Shown here one piece after another: positions 9,348 to 18,949 of a stretch of 64,000 nt of DNA (the stretch's first letter is position 1; the number at the start of each line of letters is the position of its first letter). The notes under the pieces were generated by a model that was given only the letters and a program-made list of their open reading frames with translations, searched no databases and was not told where the DNA came from. Location of the stretch: assembly GCA_035762565.1 (NCBI GenBank), contig DASTOJ010000305.1, forward strand, positions 6,835 to 70,834, read 5' to 3'. The translations under genes and the position numbers were made by a program. Origin of the DNA: Candidatus Methylomirabilota bacterium. GTDB lineage: Bacteria > Methylomirabilota > Methylomirabilia > Rokubacteriales > CSP1-6.

Positions 9348-12137
9348 ATGCCCCGGCCCGCGGGGCTCCGGATCGAGGGAGCCCGCCAGAACAACCTCAA
9401 GAACGTCTCGCTCGAGATCCCTCACGATCGGCTCACCGTCGTCACCGGCGTCTCCGGATCCGGCAAGTCGTCGCTGGCCTTCGACACGCTGTTCGCCGAA
9501 GGGCAGTGGCGGTACATCGAGTCGCTGTCCACCTACGCGCGGATGTTCCTCGACCGGGTCGACCGGCCCGACGTCGATCGCATCGAGCAGATCCGGCCGG
9601 CGGTGGCTCTCGAGCAGAAGAACCCCGTGCGTACGGCCCGCTCGACGGTCGGCACCGCCACCGAGGTCTACGACCTTCTGCGCCTGCTGTACGCGAAGGT
9701 CGGCCGGGTCCACTGCCCGCGCTGCGGCAGCCCGGCCGTCTCTCACTCGCCGGAGTCGATCGCCGACGCACTGCTGGCCGAGCACGCCGGCGCTCGCGCG
9801 CTGATCACGTTCCCGCTGCCGGTTCCAGCCGGCCAGCCGCCCGCCGAGCTGTGGGCGGCTCTAACGCGGCGCGGCTTCGCGCGCGTCCAGCTGAACGGCC
9901 TCGTCTGCGACCTGACGGCGGCGCCGCCGCCGTCGGTGGAGGGGACCCTGGCCGTCGTCCTGGACCGGCTGGTGCTGGGACCGCCGCAGCGCGGCCGGCT
10001 GGTGGAGTCCGTGGAGAGCGCGCTGCGCGAGGGCGGCGGCCAGGTGGCCGTCGAGCTGGCCGAGGGCGGCCGCCGCGTGTTCGCCGAGGCGTTCCGCTGC
10101 GCCGCCTGCGCCACCCCGCTCGAGCGCCCCCAGCCGCTGCTGTTCTCGTTCAACCACCCGCTGGGGGCCTGCGCCGAGTGCAAGGGCTTCGGCAACGTCC
10201 TGAAGTACGACGAGGCGCTGGTCGTCCCCGACCGCACGCTGAGCCTGGCCGGGGGCGCGGTGGAGCCGTGGACGCATCCCTCCGGACGCTGGTACCAGCG
10301 CGAGCTCCTGAGAGCGGCCAAGCGCACCGGCGTGGACCCGGCGCGCGCGTGGGAGGACCTCGGCGAGCGCGAGCGGACGTTCGTGTACGCGGGCGACGGC
10401 AAGTTTCCGGGCATCAACGGCTTCTTCGAGGAGATCGAGTCGTACCGCTACAAGCTGCACGTGCGCGTGTTCCTCTCGCGCTACCGGAGCCAGTCGCCGT
10501 GTCCCGTCTGCCGTGGCGCCCGGCTGAAGCCGCCCGCGCTGGCCGTGCGGGTGGCCGGGCGGACGATCGCCGAGTTCACGGCGCTCACCATCGAGGAGGC
10601 GGCCGCCCTGCTGGGCGACCTCAAGCTCACCGCCTGGGAGGCCGCCGTCGCCCGCGAGATCCTCCGCCAGCTCGGTGCCAAGCTGACCTTCCTGCTGCGC
10701 GTGGGCCTCGGCTACCTCACGCTCGGCCGTCAGACGCGCTCGCTCTCCGGCGGCGAGGCGCAGCGGATCAACCTCGCCAACCAGCTCGGCTCCCAGCTGG
10801 TCGGCACGCTCTACGTCCTCGACGAACCCTCGATCGGCCTGCACGCGCGCGACACCATGCGGCTGGCCGAGCTGTGCCGCGAGCTGGCCCAGGCCGGCAA
10901 CACCGTCGTGGTGGTCGAGCACGACCGCGGCTTCATCGAGGCCGCCGACCACGTGGTCGAGCTGGGCCCGGGCTCGGGCGAGCGCGGCGGCGAGATCGTC
11001 TTCGCCGGGCCCCAGGCGGAGTTCCGCAAGGCCACCCGCTCGTTGACCGCGCGGTACCTGTCGGGCCGCGAGAGCATCGCCGTGCCCCCCGCGCGCCGGA
11101 CCGGCCGGCGGCACCTCGTCCTCACCGGTGCCCGCGAGCACAATCTCAAGGACGTCACGCTGCGCGTGCCGCTGGGCACGCTGAGCGTGGTCACCGGGGT
11201 CTCCGGCTCCGGCAAGTCCACGCTCGTGCACGACACGCTTTACCGGGCGGTCGCCCGCGCCTTCAAGCTGGAGTTCCAGTCCCCCGGCGCTTACACCGCC
11301 CTCACCGGGCTCGAGTACCTCAAGGGCGTACGGCTCATCGACCAGGAGCCGATCGGGCGCACGCCGCGCTCCAACCCGGTGACCTACGTGAAGGCCTTCG
11401 ACGAGATTCGCAAGCTCTACGCCGCCCAGCCGCGGGCCCGGGCGCTCGGCCTCGACGCCGGCGCGTTCTCGTTCAACGTGCCGGGTGGGCGCTGCGAGTC
11501 GTGTCAGGGCGACGGCTTCCAGAAGCTCGAGATGTACTTCGTCGAGGACGTGTACGTCTCGTGCCAGGAGTGCGAGGGCCGCCGGTACCGATCCGACGTG
11601 CTCGGCGTGAAGCATCGCGGCCGCTCGATCGGCGACGTGCTCCGGATGACCGTCGACGAGGCCGTCGAGTTCTTCGCCGGCCAGGCGAACCTCGGGCGCC
11701 GGTTCCGCGTCCTCCAGGACGTGGGGCTGGGCTATCTGCGCCTGGGCCAGCCCGCCACGACGCTGTCGGGCGGCGAGGCGCAGCGGCTCAAGATCGCCAC
11801 CGAGCTGGGCGGCCGCAGCTCCGGCGACGTGCTCTACGTGCTCGACGAGCCCACGACCGGCCTGCACCTGGACGACGTCAAGAAGCTGCTGGGCGTGCTG
11901 CACCGCCTCGTCGACGCCGGCAACACCGTGCTCGTCGTCGAGCACCACCTCGACGTCATCAAGTGCGCGGACCACGTGGTCGACCTCGGGCCCGAGGGCG
12001 GCGAGGGCGGCGGCGAGATCGTCGCGGAAGGCACGCCCGAGCAGATCGGGCAGACGCCGGGGTCGTACACCGGGAAGTTCCTGGCGGAGGTCCTGCCGAG
12101 GGCGAACGGGCGCTTGCGCTATACTCCGCCAGCATGA
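9348..12137 (+). CDS. uvrA: Excinuclease ABC subunit A (UvrA, class I with a UvrB-binding region), 929 aa.
   Basis: Two ABC modules ([32 protein letters not shown], then [28 protein letters not shown]). Zn-finger cysteines ([27 protein letters not shown]). The region between finger 1 and GGGQVAVE aligns with the E. coli UvrB-binding domain. RBS GGAGG precedes the start. Confidence 0.85.
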   Translation: MPRPAGLRIEGARQNNLKNVSLEIPHDRLTVVTGVSGSGKSSLAFDTLFAEGQWRYIESLSTYARMFLDRVDRPDVDRIEQIRPAVALEQKNPVRTARSTVGTATEVYDLLRLLYAKVGRVHCPRCGSPAVSHSPESIADALLAEHAGARALITFPLPVPAGQPPAELWAALTRRGFARVQLNGLVCDLTAAPPPSVEGTLAVVLDRLVLGPPQRGRLVESVESALREGGGQVAVELAEGGRRVFAEAFRCAACATPLERPQPLLFSFNHPLGACAECKGFGNVLKYDEALVVPDRTLSLAGGAVEPWTHPSGRWYQRELLRAAKRTGVDPARAWEDLGERERTFVYAGDGKFPGINGFFEEIESYRYKLHVRVFLSRYRSQSPCPVCRGARLKPPALAVRVAGRTIAEFTALTIEEAAALLGDLKLTAWEAAVAREILRQLGAKLTFLLRVGLGYLTLGRQTRSLSGGEAQRINLANQLGSQLVGTLYVLDEPSIGLHARDTMRLAELCRELAQAGNTVVVVEHDRGFIEAADHVVELGPGSGERGGEIVFAGPQAEFRKATRSLTARYLSGRESIAVPPARRTGRRHLVLTGAREHNLKDVTLRVPLGTLSVVTGVSGSGKSTLVHDTLYRAVARAFKLEFQSPGAYTALTGLEYLKGVRLIDQEPIGRTPRSNPVTYVKAFDEIRKLYAAQPRARALGLDAGAFSFNVPGGRCESCQGDGFQKLEMYFVEDVYVSCQECEGRRYRSDVLGVKHRGRSIGDVLRMTVDEAVEFFAGQANLGRRFRVLQDVGLGYLRLGQPATTLSGGEAQRLKIATELGGRSSGDVLYVLDEPTTGLHLDDVKKLLGVLHRLVDAGNTVLVVEHHLDVIKCADHVVDLGPEGGEGGGEIVAEGTPEQIGQTPGSYTGKFLAEVLPRANGRLRYTPPA

Positions 12138-13351
12138 ACAGCCTTCGGGACAAGTACTGCATCGTCGGCGTGGGCGAGACGGAGTACTCGCGCGGCTCCG
12201 GACGCTCGACCCGGGCGCTGGCGGTCGAGGCCGTGCGCAAGGCGATCCTCGACGCCGGGCTCAAGGCGGGCGACGTCGACGGGATGATGGACTACCAGTC
12301 CGGTGACTCGACGCTGGCGCCCCACGTGGCGCCCGACCTCGGTCTGCGCCTGAACTTCTACATGGACGTGGTGGGCGGCGGCTCGTCGACCGAGGCGCTG
12401 GTGGGCCTGGCCATGGGCGCCATCGAGGCCGGCATGTGCCGGACGGTGGCGATCTACCGCTCGATGAACGGCTACTCCGAGTTCCGCATCGGCGGCACCG
12501 GCGCCCGGGCCGCCCAGCCCGTGCGCGGCCTCGACCTGGCCCAGGTGCCGTTCGGCATGCGCAGCGCCGGTCAGAACTTCGCGCTGACGTTCATGCGCCA
12601 CATGCACGACTACGGCACGACCTCCGAGCAGGTCGCTCACGTCAAGGTCGCCCACAGCAAGCACGCCTCCCAGAACCCCAAGGCACTGCTCAGGGAGCGG
12701 GTGACCGTCCCGGACGTCGTCAACTCCCGCTGGATCGTCAAGCCGCTGCACCTGCTGGACTGCTGCCTGGAGACCGACAACGCCACGTGCATCATCGTCA
12801 CCTCGGCCGAGCGCGCGCGCGACTGCCGCCAGCGGCCGGTCCACGTCATGGGCGTGGCCGGGCGCGTGTCCAAGCCACGCCTGGACTTCCACTGGGCCCA
12901 CGGGCCCATCAGCCGCGTGGCCGGCTACTACGCCAAGGACATCGTGTTCGGTCAGGCGGGGATCGGACCCGACGACGTCGACGTCACCGGGTCCTACGAC
13001 GCATTCACCTTCACGACCATGTTGCAGCTCGAGGAATACGGCTTCTGCAAGAAGGGCGAGGGCGGCGCGTACGTCTCCAGCGGGGCGATCGAGCTGGGCG
13101 GCCGGCGGCCGAACAACACCTCGGGCGGCCACCTGTGCGAGGGCTACACCCACGGTATGTCGATGGTCATCGAGAACGTCCGCCAGCTGCGCGGCGCCGT
13201 GGACGACTACTGTCCCAAGGGCACCGAGGGGGTGCACACCTACGACTACTCGCCGGGACGGTGCCGGCAGGTCAAAGATCCACAGATCACGATGAATTTG
13301 GGGTGGGCGATGCCGGCGCTCGGCTCCGCGTTGATCATGAGGCGGGGCTGA
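12134..13351 (+). CDS. Thiolase-like protein (SCP-x / nonspecific lipid-transfer-protein-type thiolase), 405 aa.
   Basis: ATG at 12134 overlaps the uvrA TGA (ATGA). Begins [23 protein letters not shown] and has the thiolase C-terminal region GGHLCEGYTHGMSMVIENVRQLRG. Confidence 0.75.
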   Translation: MNSLRDKYCIVGVGETEYSRGSGRSTRALAVEAVRKAILDAGLKAGDVDGMMDYQSGDSTLAPHVAPDLGLRLNFYMDVVGGGSSTEALVGLAMGAIEAGMCRTVAIYRSMNGYSEFRIGGTGARAAQPVRGLDLAQVPFGMRSAGQNFALTFMRHMHDYGTTSEQVAHVKVAHSKHASQNPKALLRERVTVPDVVNSRWIVKPLHLLDCCLETDNATCIIVTSAERARDCRQRPVHVMGVAGRVSKPRLDFHWAHGPISRVAGYYAKDIVFGQAGIGPDDVDVTGSYDAFTFTTMLQLEEYGFCKKGEGGAYVSSGAIELGGRRPNNTSGGHLCEGYTHGMSMVIENVRQLRGAVDDYCPKGTEGVHTYDYSPGRCRQVKDPQITMNLGWAMPALGSALIMRRG

Positions 13352-13424
13352 TGCGCGCAGCCTTCCCCCAAGCCCCCCTGCACCACACGACCGTTCACAT
13401 CACCGTTGGGACCCTGGAGGCCTG

Positions 13425-13925
13425 ATGCCGGCGCCGGTGACCTATCGCGGCATGTCGCTGGTGATTCCCGACAACGACAGCGAATGGAGCGAGTACTTCG
13501 CGCACGCGCGACAGCACCGGCTGATGGTGCGCGCCTGCGCGGCGTGCGGTCTCCTGCGCTATCCGCCCACCCACGCCTGTCCGTGGTGCATGGAGCTGGG
13601 CTGGAGCTGGACGGAAGTGAGCGGACGCGGGACGATCCATTCCTACGAGATCGTCATGCACGCGATCCAGCCCGGCTTCAAGGAGATCACGCCCTACCCG
13701 ATCGTGCTCGTGGAGCTGGACGAGCAGCGCGGCCAGCCCTCTCCCGACGAGGGGCTGCGGATCATCGCCAACCTCGTGAAGCCGGACTTCACGCCCGAGG
13801 GCGAGGACAACGTCGCGATCGGCAAGCGGGTGCGCGTCGTGTTCCAGGACCTGGCCGATCATTTCGCCCTGCCCCAGTTCACGCTCACCGACGAGCCCCC
13901 CCAGGGCCGCGTCTGGCGGCTGTAG
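13425..13925 (+). CDS. DUF35 / Zn-ribbon plus OB-fold protein (166 aa), the usual partner of SCP-x thiolases.
   Basis: Rubredoxin-like CxxC..CxxC (CAACGLLRYPPTHACPWC) followed by an OB-fold region, immediately downstream of the thiolase. Confidence 0.75.
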   Translation: MPAPVTYRGMSLVIPDNDSEWSEYFAHARQHRLMVRACAACGLLRYPPTHACPWCMELGWSWTEVSGRGTIHSYEIVMHAIQPGFKEITPYPIVLVELDEQRGQPSPDEGLRIIANLVKPDFTPEGEDNVAIGKRVRVVFQDLADHFALPQFTLTDEPPQGRVWRL

Positions 13926-13968
13926 TCTCCGCCGGACCACTGCGAGCACCGGCCTCCCGGCGGGCATG

Positions 13969-14082
13969 GGGCCACCACGAGGCCCTGGCGCAGGATCGAG
14001 GCGCGCCCCCGGCTCCACCGGGGCGCGACGAGCGTCGGGGGGGTGTGGGGGGCCATCTCGGGGCCCCCCACCTCAATCGGGC
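13969..14082. repeat. Intergenic GC-rich palindromic repeat, copy A (about 115 bp). Contains a CGACGAGCGTCG mini-palindrome, a G7 run and a perfect 8-bp GGGGGGCC/GGCCCCCC hairpin (14047-14069).
   Basis: About 80% identical to 47761-47875, including a shared GATCGAGGCGCGCC...CCGGGGCGCGACGAGCGTCGGGGGGG core. It fills the convergent spacer between the DUF35 gene and kefB. Confidence 0.7.
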
Positions 14083-15815
14083 GGGCGCCCGGCCGCCAGC
14101 TCGTCCGACTGGCGCTGCCGCGCGGCGCTCAGGGCCTCGGCGGTGGGCTCGAGCAGCAGTCCGTAGAGGTGTTCGGCGGCCAGCACGGGCGGAATGAGGA
14201 CGTAGTCCGCGCCCTCGGTGTACAGGCGCTCGGCCGCCGCCAGCGTGTCCGCTGTCACGATCGTCCGCACTTCGGGCGCGAGGCCGCGGACCTGCCGCAG
14301 CAGGCGCAGGTTGCTCGTGCCCTGCAGGAACCAGTCGGAGATGCTGGAGACCACCACCCGGGCGTGCTCGATGCCCGCGTGGCGCAGCGTCTCGGCGCTG
14401 CTCACGTCGCCGTAGTGGCATTCCACGCCGTCGGCCTGCAGCTGCTCGAGCGTCTCCGGATTGAAGTCGACGGCCACGATGCGCTGCTTCATGGCCGGAT
14501 GCTCCCGCTCGAGGTGGCGCAGGAACGCCAGCCCCTCGCGGGAGACGCCCAGGAAGAAGATGTCGTGCGGGTCGCCCGAGGCGGAGTCGTCCGCGGCGGC
14601 CGGCGGCGCCACCCGTCCCAGCCAGCGGGGCGCGCCGGTGGCCGCCATGACGCGGGCCAGCGCGCTGGCCAGCGCGTGGTTGCCGCGGATCGCGTAGGTG
14701 GACACCACCGCGGTGAGCAGGAGCGTGTAGAGGACCAGTGAGGCCAGCGAGGAGCTCACGTGGCCGAGCGCCAGGCCGAGCGAGACGATCACCAGCGAGA
14801 ACTCGCTCATCTGACCCAGGTTGACGGCGACGACGCCGGCGGTGCGCGTGTCGGAGCGCAGCAGCGCGAAGATGGGCAGCATCGTCACGAACCGGCTGGC
14901 GATCACGAACGCGCCCACCAGCGCGGCCAGCAGCAGCAGCCGTCCCGAGGGCGCCGGCACCTTGAGCCCGAGGGCCACGAAGAACAGCGTCACGAAGAAG
15001 TCGCGGACGCCCGCCAGTCGCGTGATGACCTCGGTCCCGTAGGGGAAGGCGGCGATCACCATGCCGGCGATGAGGGCGCCCATCTCGCGGGACACGCCGA
15101 GCGTGCCGGCCGTCCCGCTCACGAGGAAGCACCACGCGACGGCGGTCACGAGCAACAGCTCGGTCGAGCGTGCCACCGAGCGGAAGAGCCGCGGCAGCAC
15201 GAGGCGCGAGAGCACCCCGGCGCCGGCTACCAGCCCCACGCCGGCTCCCAGCGAGAGCAGGAGCGCGGCCGGTCGCAGGGCGTGCAGGCTGGGCTGCAGG
15301 GCCAGGAACGCGATCGCCCACAGGTCCTGGAAGACGAGCACGCCGAGCGTGATGCGTCCGGCCAGCGTGCCCATCTCGAACTTGTCGAACAGCAGCTTGA
15401 CGACGATCAGCGTGGAGGACAGGCTCACCGCCACCGCGAGGTAGAGCCGATCGAAGCGGCCACCGGTGTCCGCGGCCAGGCCGCCCAGTAGCCACCATCC
15501 CAGCGCGACGCACAGCGGAAACTGGAGCAATCCGCTGAGCACGATCGCGCGGCCGGCCTGGGCGAGGGCCGGCACGTTGACCTCCAGCCCGATGATGAAG
15601 AGCAGGAAGATCAGTCCCATCTCGGAGATCAGCTCGATGCTGGCCTCGTCGGCGACGAGGCCGACGCCGAGGTTGGGGCCGAGGACGGCGCCGGCCAGGA
15701 TGTAGCCGAGGATCAGCGGCTGGCTCACGGCGCGCGCGACCAGCGCGAACGCCGCCGCCGCGATGATGCTGACGCCGATGGCCGTGAGGAGCTCGTGAGG
15801 CGCCGAGGCCGTCAC
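14073..15815 (-). CDS. Monovalent cation:proton antiporter (CPA2, KefB/KefC-like) with a C-terminal RCK/TrkA-N domain, 580 aa.
   Basis: About 12 TM helices, then a Rossmann-type RCK segment (IFFLGVSREGLAFLRHLE...VAVDFNPE). Confidence 0.85.
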   Translation of the reverse strand: MTASAPHELLTAIGVSIIAAAAFALVARAVSQPLILGYILAGAVLGPNLGVGLVADEASIELISEMGLIFLLFIIGLEVNVPALAQAGRAIVLSGLLQFPLCVALGWWLLGGLAADTGGRFDRLYLAVAVSLSSTLIVVKLLFDKFEMGTLAGRITLGVLVFQDLWAIAFLALQPSLHALRPAALLLSLGAGVGLVAGAGVLSRLVLPRLFRSVARSTELLLVTAVAWCFLVSGTAGTLGVSREMGALIAGMVIAAFPYGTEVITRLAGVRDFFVTLFFVALGLKVPAPSGRLLLLAALVGAFVIASRFVTMLPIFALLRSDTRTAGVVAVNLGQMSEFSLVIVSLGLALGHVSSSLASLVLYTLLLTAVVSTYAIRGNHALASALARVMAATGAPRWLGRVAPPAAADDSASGDPHDIFFLGVSREGLAFLRHLEREHPAMKQRIVAVDFNPETLEQLQADGVECHYGDVSSAETLRHAGIEHARVVVSSISDWFLQGTSNLRLLRQVRGLAPEVRTIVTADTLAAAERLYTEGADYVLIPPVLAAEHLYGLLLEPTAEALSAARQRQSDELAAGRPPD

Positions 15816-15982
15816 GGGGTGCGCGGGCGGCCTATCGCGTCAGCCTCGCCAGGATCTCGTCGAACGCCTCGTCGTACCACCGGCAAGCCGTCGGTGACAC
15901 CACGGGCGCAGAGCGCCTCGATCGGGTCGGTCTCGGTCGCCGGCATCGCGCAGAGGCTAACACGGCCGGGTATGCTGACCGT

Positions 15983-16972
15983 ATGTGGCGCCTGGCCGGG
16001 AGCCTGCTCGCCGTCGTTCTCCTGATCCTGCCGGGATGCGCGGCGCCGGCCGCCGTCGACCTCGGAGCCTGGCTGGCACCCGTCGGGCGCGAGCACCCGC
16101 TGACCGGGCGGATCTGGGAGACGCGGCGCGGGCGCTTCGTCACGTCGGATCAAGTGGTGGCCGGCTTGGCCGGCGCCCGCTACGTGTTGCTCGGCGAGCG
16201 ACACGACAACCCCGATCACCACCGCGTCCAGGCCGCGCTGCTGCGCGCGCTGATCGGCGCCGGACGGCGGCCCGCGGTGGCCTTCGAGATGTTCACCGCC
16301 GACGATGCGCCGGCGATCGGCCGGCACCTGGCCGCGGCGCCGCGCGACGCCGCCGGCCTCGGGGAGGCCGTGAACTGGAAGCGTTCCGGCTGGCCCGACT
16401 GGGCTCACTACCAGCCGATCGCGCAGGCGGCGCTCGACGCCGGCCTGCCCGTCGTCGCCGCCAACCTGGCCCCGGCGACGGCCCGCGCCCTGGCGCGCGG
16501 GCAGCGCGCGTCGCTGCCCGACGGACTCGCCGCGCGCTACGGCCTCGAGCAGCCGCTGCCGGACGGCGCCCAGGGTGCGCTCACCGCCGAGATCGACCGG
16601 GCGCACTGCGGACACATCCCGGCCGACCGGCTGGAGGGCATGGTGCTCGCGCAGCGGGCGCGTGACGCGATGCTGGCCGACAGCCTCCTCGCGGGGGAGC
16701 GTGACGGCGCCGTGCTGATCGCGGGCGCCGGCCACGTGCGGGGCGACCGCGGCGTGCCGCTCTATCTCCGCGCCCGGGCGCCCGGGGCCACGATCGCCAC
16801 GCTCGCTCCGCTCGAGGTCCACGAGGCGTGGACCAAGCCGGAGCAGTACGGGGAGACCTTCGGCGGTGGACGGCTGCCGTTCGACTGGGTGTGGTTCACG
16901 CCTCGAATGGACGACGGCCGGGGCGACCCGTGCGCGCGCTTCAAGCGGCCGCCCCAGCCCCCCCGCAGCTGA
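15983..16972 (+). CDS. ChaN-family (haem/iron-associated, Tiki/TraB superfamily) lipoprotein, 329 aa.
   Basis: Signal peptide with lipobox (LILPGCA). The ChaN-like motif YVLLGERHDNPDHH is present. Confidence 0.6.
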   Translation: MWRLAGSLLAVVLLILPGCAAPAAVDLGAWLAPVGREHPLTGRIWETRRGRFVTSDQVVAGLAGARYVLLGERHDNPDHHRVQAALLRALIGAGRRPAVAFEMFTADDAPAIGRHLAAAPRDAAGLGEAVNWKRSGWPDWAHYQPIAQAALDAGLPVVAANLAPATARALARGQRASLPDGLAARYGLEQPLPDGAQGALTAEIDRAHCGHIPADRLEGMVLAQRARDAMLADSLLAGERDGAVLIAGAGHVRGDRGVPLYLRARAPGATIATLAPLEVHEAWTKPEQYGETFGGGRLPFDWVWFTPRMDDGRGDPCARFKRPPQPPRS

Positions 16973-16978
16973 CGGGGG

Positions 16979-18496
16979 TCAGCCGCCGCCGGCCACCGGC
17001 GCCGACACGGCCGCGCGGCGGCGGAGCGCAGCGGCGAGCGGGGGCCCCACCAGCACCAGCGCGCCCACCACGAACAGCGTGAGGCTCAGCGGGCGGTAGG
17101 CCAGCAACCGCCAGTCCCCGTGGGCCATGAAGAGCGTCTGGCGCAGCGTCTTCTCCATCACGGGGCCCAGCACGACGGCGACGATGAGCGGCGCCGGATC
17201 GATCGACAGCTTGCGGAACGCGTAGCCCAGCAGGCCCATCCCCACCAGCACCCACAGGTCCAGCAGGCTGTTGCTGAGGCTGAAGGCGCCGACCAGGCAC
17301 AGCAGCAGGACCAGCGTCGAGAGCACGTGCTGGGGCGCGCGCAGGATGGACACGAACACGCCGACCAGGGGCAGGTTCAGGATCAGCAGCAGGAAGTTGC
17401 CGATGTACATGCTGGCCACGACGCCCCAGAACACCGCGGGCTGGTTCGTCATCAGCAGGGGCCCCGGCTGGATGCCGTGGATCACCAGCGCGCCGAGCAG
17501 GATGGCGGTCGCCGGCGAGAACGGGATGCCGAGCGAGAGCAGCGGCACCATGGCCCCGGCGGTGGCGCCGTTGTTGGCCGCCTCCGGCCCGGCCACCCCC
17601 TCGATGGCGCCGGTGCCGAAGCGCTCGGGCGTCTTCGACACCCGCCGCTCGACGGTGTAGGCGATGAACGTGGCAAGCACGCTGGCGGGTCCCGGCACCA
17701 GCCCGGTGAGGAAACCGAGAACGGAGCCGCGGGCGATCGGCGCCGACGAGCGCCGCCACTCGTCGCGGGTGGGAAACATCTCGCGCAGGCGCACCGGCAC
17801 GATCTGGCTGCGGCGCAGCCCGGCCTCGGCCAGCGTGAGCACCTCGGCCACGCCGTAGAGGCCCATGATGATGGGCACCAGCTCGAGGCCCTGGGCGAGC
17901 TGCACCGAGCCGAAGGTGAAGCGTGGGTATCCCGAGATCGGCTCCATGCCCACCGTGCCGATGGCCAGCCCGAGCCCCACCATGACGAACGAGGCGAGCA
18001 CGGAGCTGCCCGACAGGCGCGAGAGGACGGCGAGACCGGCCACCGACAGCGCGAAGTACTCGGGTGGCCCGAACTGCAGCGCCACGTCGGCGAGCCAGCC
18101 GGCGAAGAGCACGATGCCGAGCACGCCCAGCGAGCCGGCCACGAACGAGCCGACCGCCGCCACCGCCAGCGCCGCGCCCGCCCGCCCCTTGCGGGCCATC
18201 TGGTAACCGTCGATGGCGGTGACGACCGAGGCCGCCTCGCCGGGGACGTTGACGAGGATCGAGGTCGTCGAGCCCCCGTACATCGAGCCGTAGTAGATGC
18301 CGCACAGCATGATCAGCGCGGTCGCCGGCGACAGTGCGAACGTCGAGGGCAGCAGCAGCGCCATCGCGCCGACCGGCCCGATGCCGGGCAGCACGCCGAC
18401 GACCGTGCCGATGAGGACCCCCACGAAGCAGGCCACCAGGTTGGCAGGCGTGAGGGCGACGGCGAAGCCGTAGGCCAGGCCTTCGAGGGGCCCCAT
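16979..18496 (-). CDS. tctA: Tripartite tricarboxylate transporter, large permease TctA (505 aa).
   Basis: Polytopic permease with TctA-like repeats (GVLPGIGPVGAMALLLP ... GLVPGPASV). Confidence 0.85.
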   Translation of the reverse strand: MGPLEGLAYGFAVALTPANLVACFVGVLIGTVVGVLPGIGPVGAMALLLPSTFALSPATALIMLCGIYYGSMYGGSTTSILVNVPGEAASVVTAIDGYQMARKGRAGAALAVAAVGSFVAGSLGVLGIVLFAGWLADVALQFGPPEYFALSVAGLAVLSRLSGSSVLASFVMVGLGLAIGTVGMEPISGYPRFTFGSVQLAQGLELVPIIMGLYGVAEVLTLAEAGLRRSQIVPVRLREMFPTRDEWRRSSAPIARGSVLGFLTGLVPGPASVLATFIAYTVERRVSKTPERFGTGAIEGVAGPEAANNGATAGAMVPLLSLGIPFSPATAILLGALVIHGIQPGPLLMTNQPAVFWGVVASMYIGNFLLLILNLPLVGVFVSILRAPQHVLSTLVLLLCLVGAFSLSNSLLDLWVLVGMGLLGYAFRKLSIDPAPLIVAVVLGPVMEKTLRQTLFMAHGDWRLLAYRPLSLTLFVVGALVLVGPPLAAALRRRAAVSAPVAGGG

Positions 18497-18503
18497 GCCG
18501 GCG

Positions 18504-18947
18504 CTAGAACGGTCCGCGGGGCAGCGGCACGCCCAGGAGCACGCCGAAGAGGTAGTAGGACCCGAACGCGCTCAGCGCGGCGGTGAGCACGACGCCCGGC
18601 CAGCGCCCACCGCCGAGGCAACGGAGCACGAGCACGACGAAGAGAAACGCACAGGCCGGGTAGCCCAGCCACGGCAGCAGCAGGCAGAAGCCAGCCAACC
18701 CCCCGACCGTGACCAACACCCGGACGCGCTCCCGGCCCGCCAGGCCCGCGCCGACGGTAACGGCCGCCGCACCGCGGAAGAGCGCGACCGCCAGCGCCAC
18801 CGCGGCCGCGCACAGGAAGACCCCCACGCCGACGGGGAAGAAGCCCGGCCCCGGCTTGGCCACACTCCCCAGCGGAAAGGCGAGGGAGGCCGCCAGATAG
18901 GCGCCGCTGGCGACGAGGAAGCCGAGCGCCCAGGCCCGCTCGTGCAC
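18504..18947 (-). CDS. tctB: Tripartite tricarboxylate transporter, small subunit TctB (147 aa, 4 TM).
   Basis: GTG start at 18945-18947, 3 nt downstream of the tctC TAA stop. A small hydrophobic protein between tctC and tctA. The annotated 467-aa ORF is a read-through in the same frame. Confidence 0.6.
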   Translation of the reverse strand: MHERAWALGFLVASGAYLAASLAFPLGSVAKPGPGFFPVGVGVFLCAAAVALAVALFRGAAAVTVGAGLAGRERVRVLVTVGGLAGFCLLLPWLGYPACAFLFVVLVLRCLGGGRWPGVVLTAALSAFGSYYLFGVLLGVPLPRGPF

Positions 18948-18949
18948 CG

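Noticed and set aside
9861-11975. 704-aa minus-strand ORF antisense to uvrA
   Set aside because: A typical high-GC shadow ORF (Ala/Arg/Gly-rich, no motifs), fully inside a well-supported gene.
9302-13351. 1349-aa plus-strand ORF spanning the uvrA region and the thiolase
   Set aside because: Over 9302-12133 it is an out-of-frame GC-rich read-through with no ABC motifs, and it only becomes real at 12134, where it is the thiolase frame. uvrA itself is in the 9348 frame, with two ABC modules and zinc fingers.
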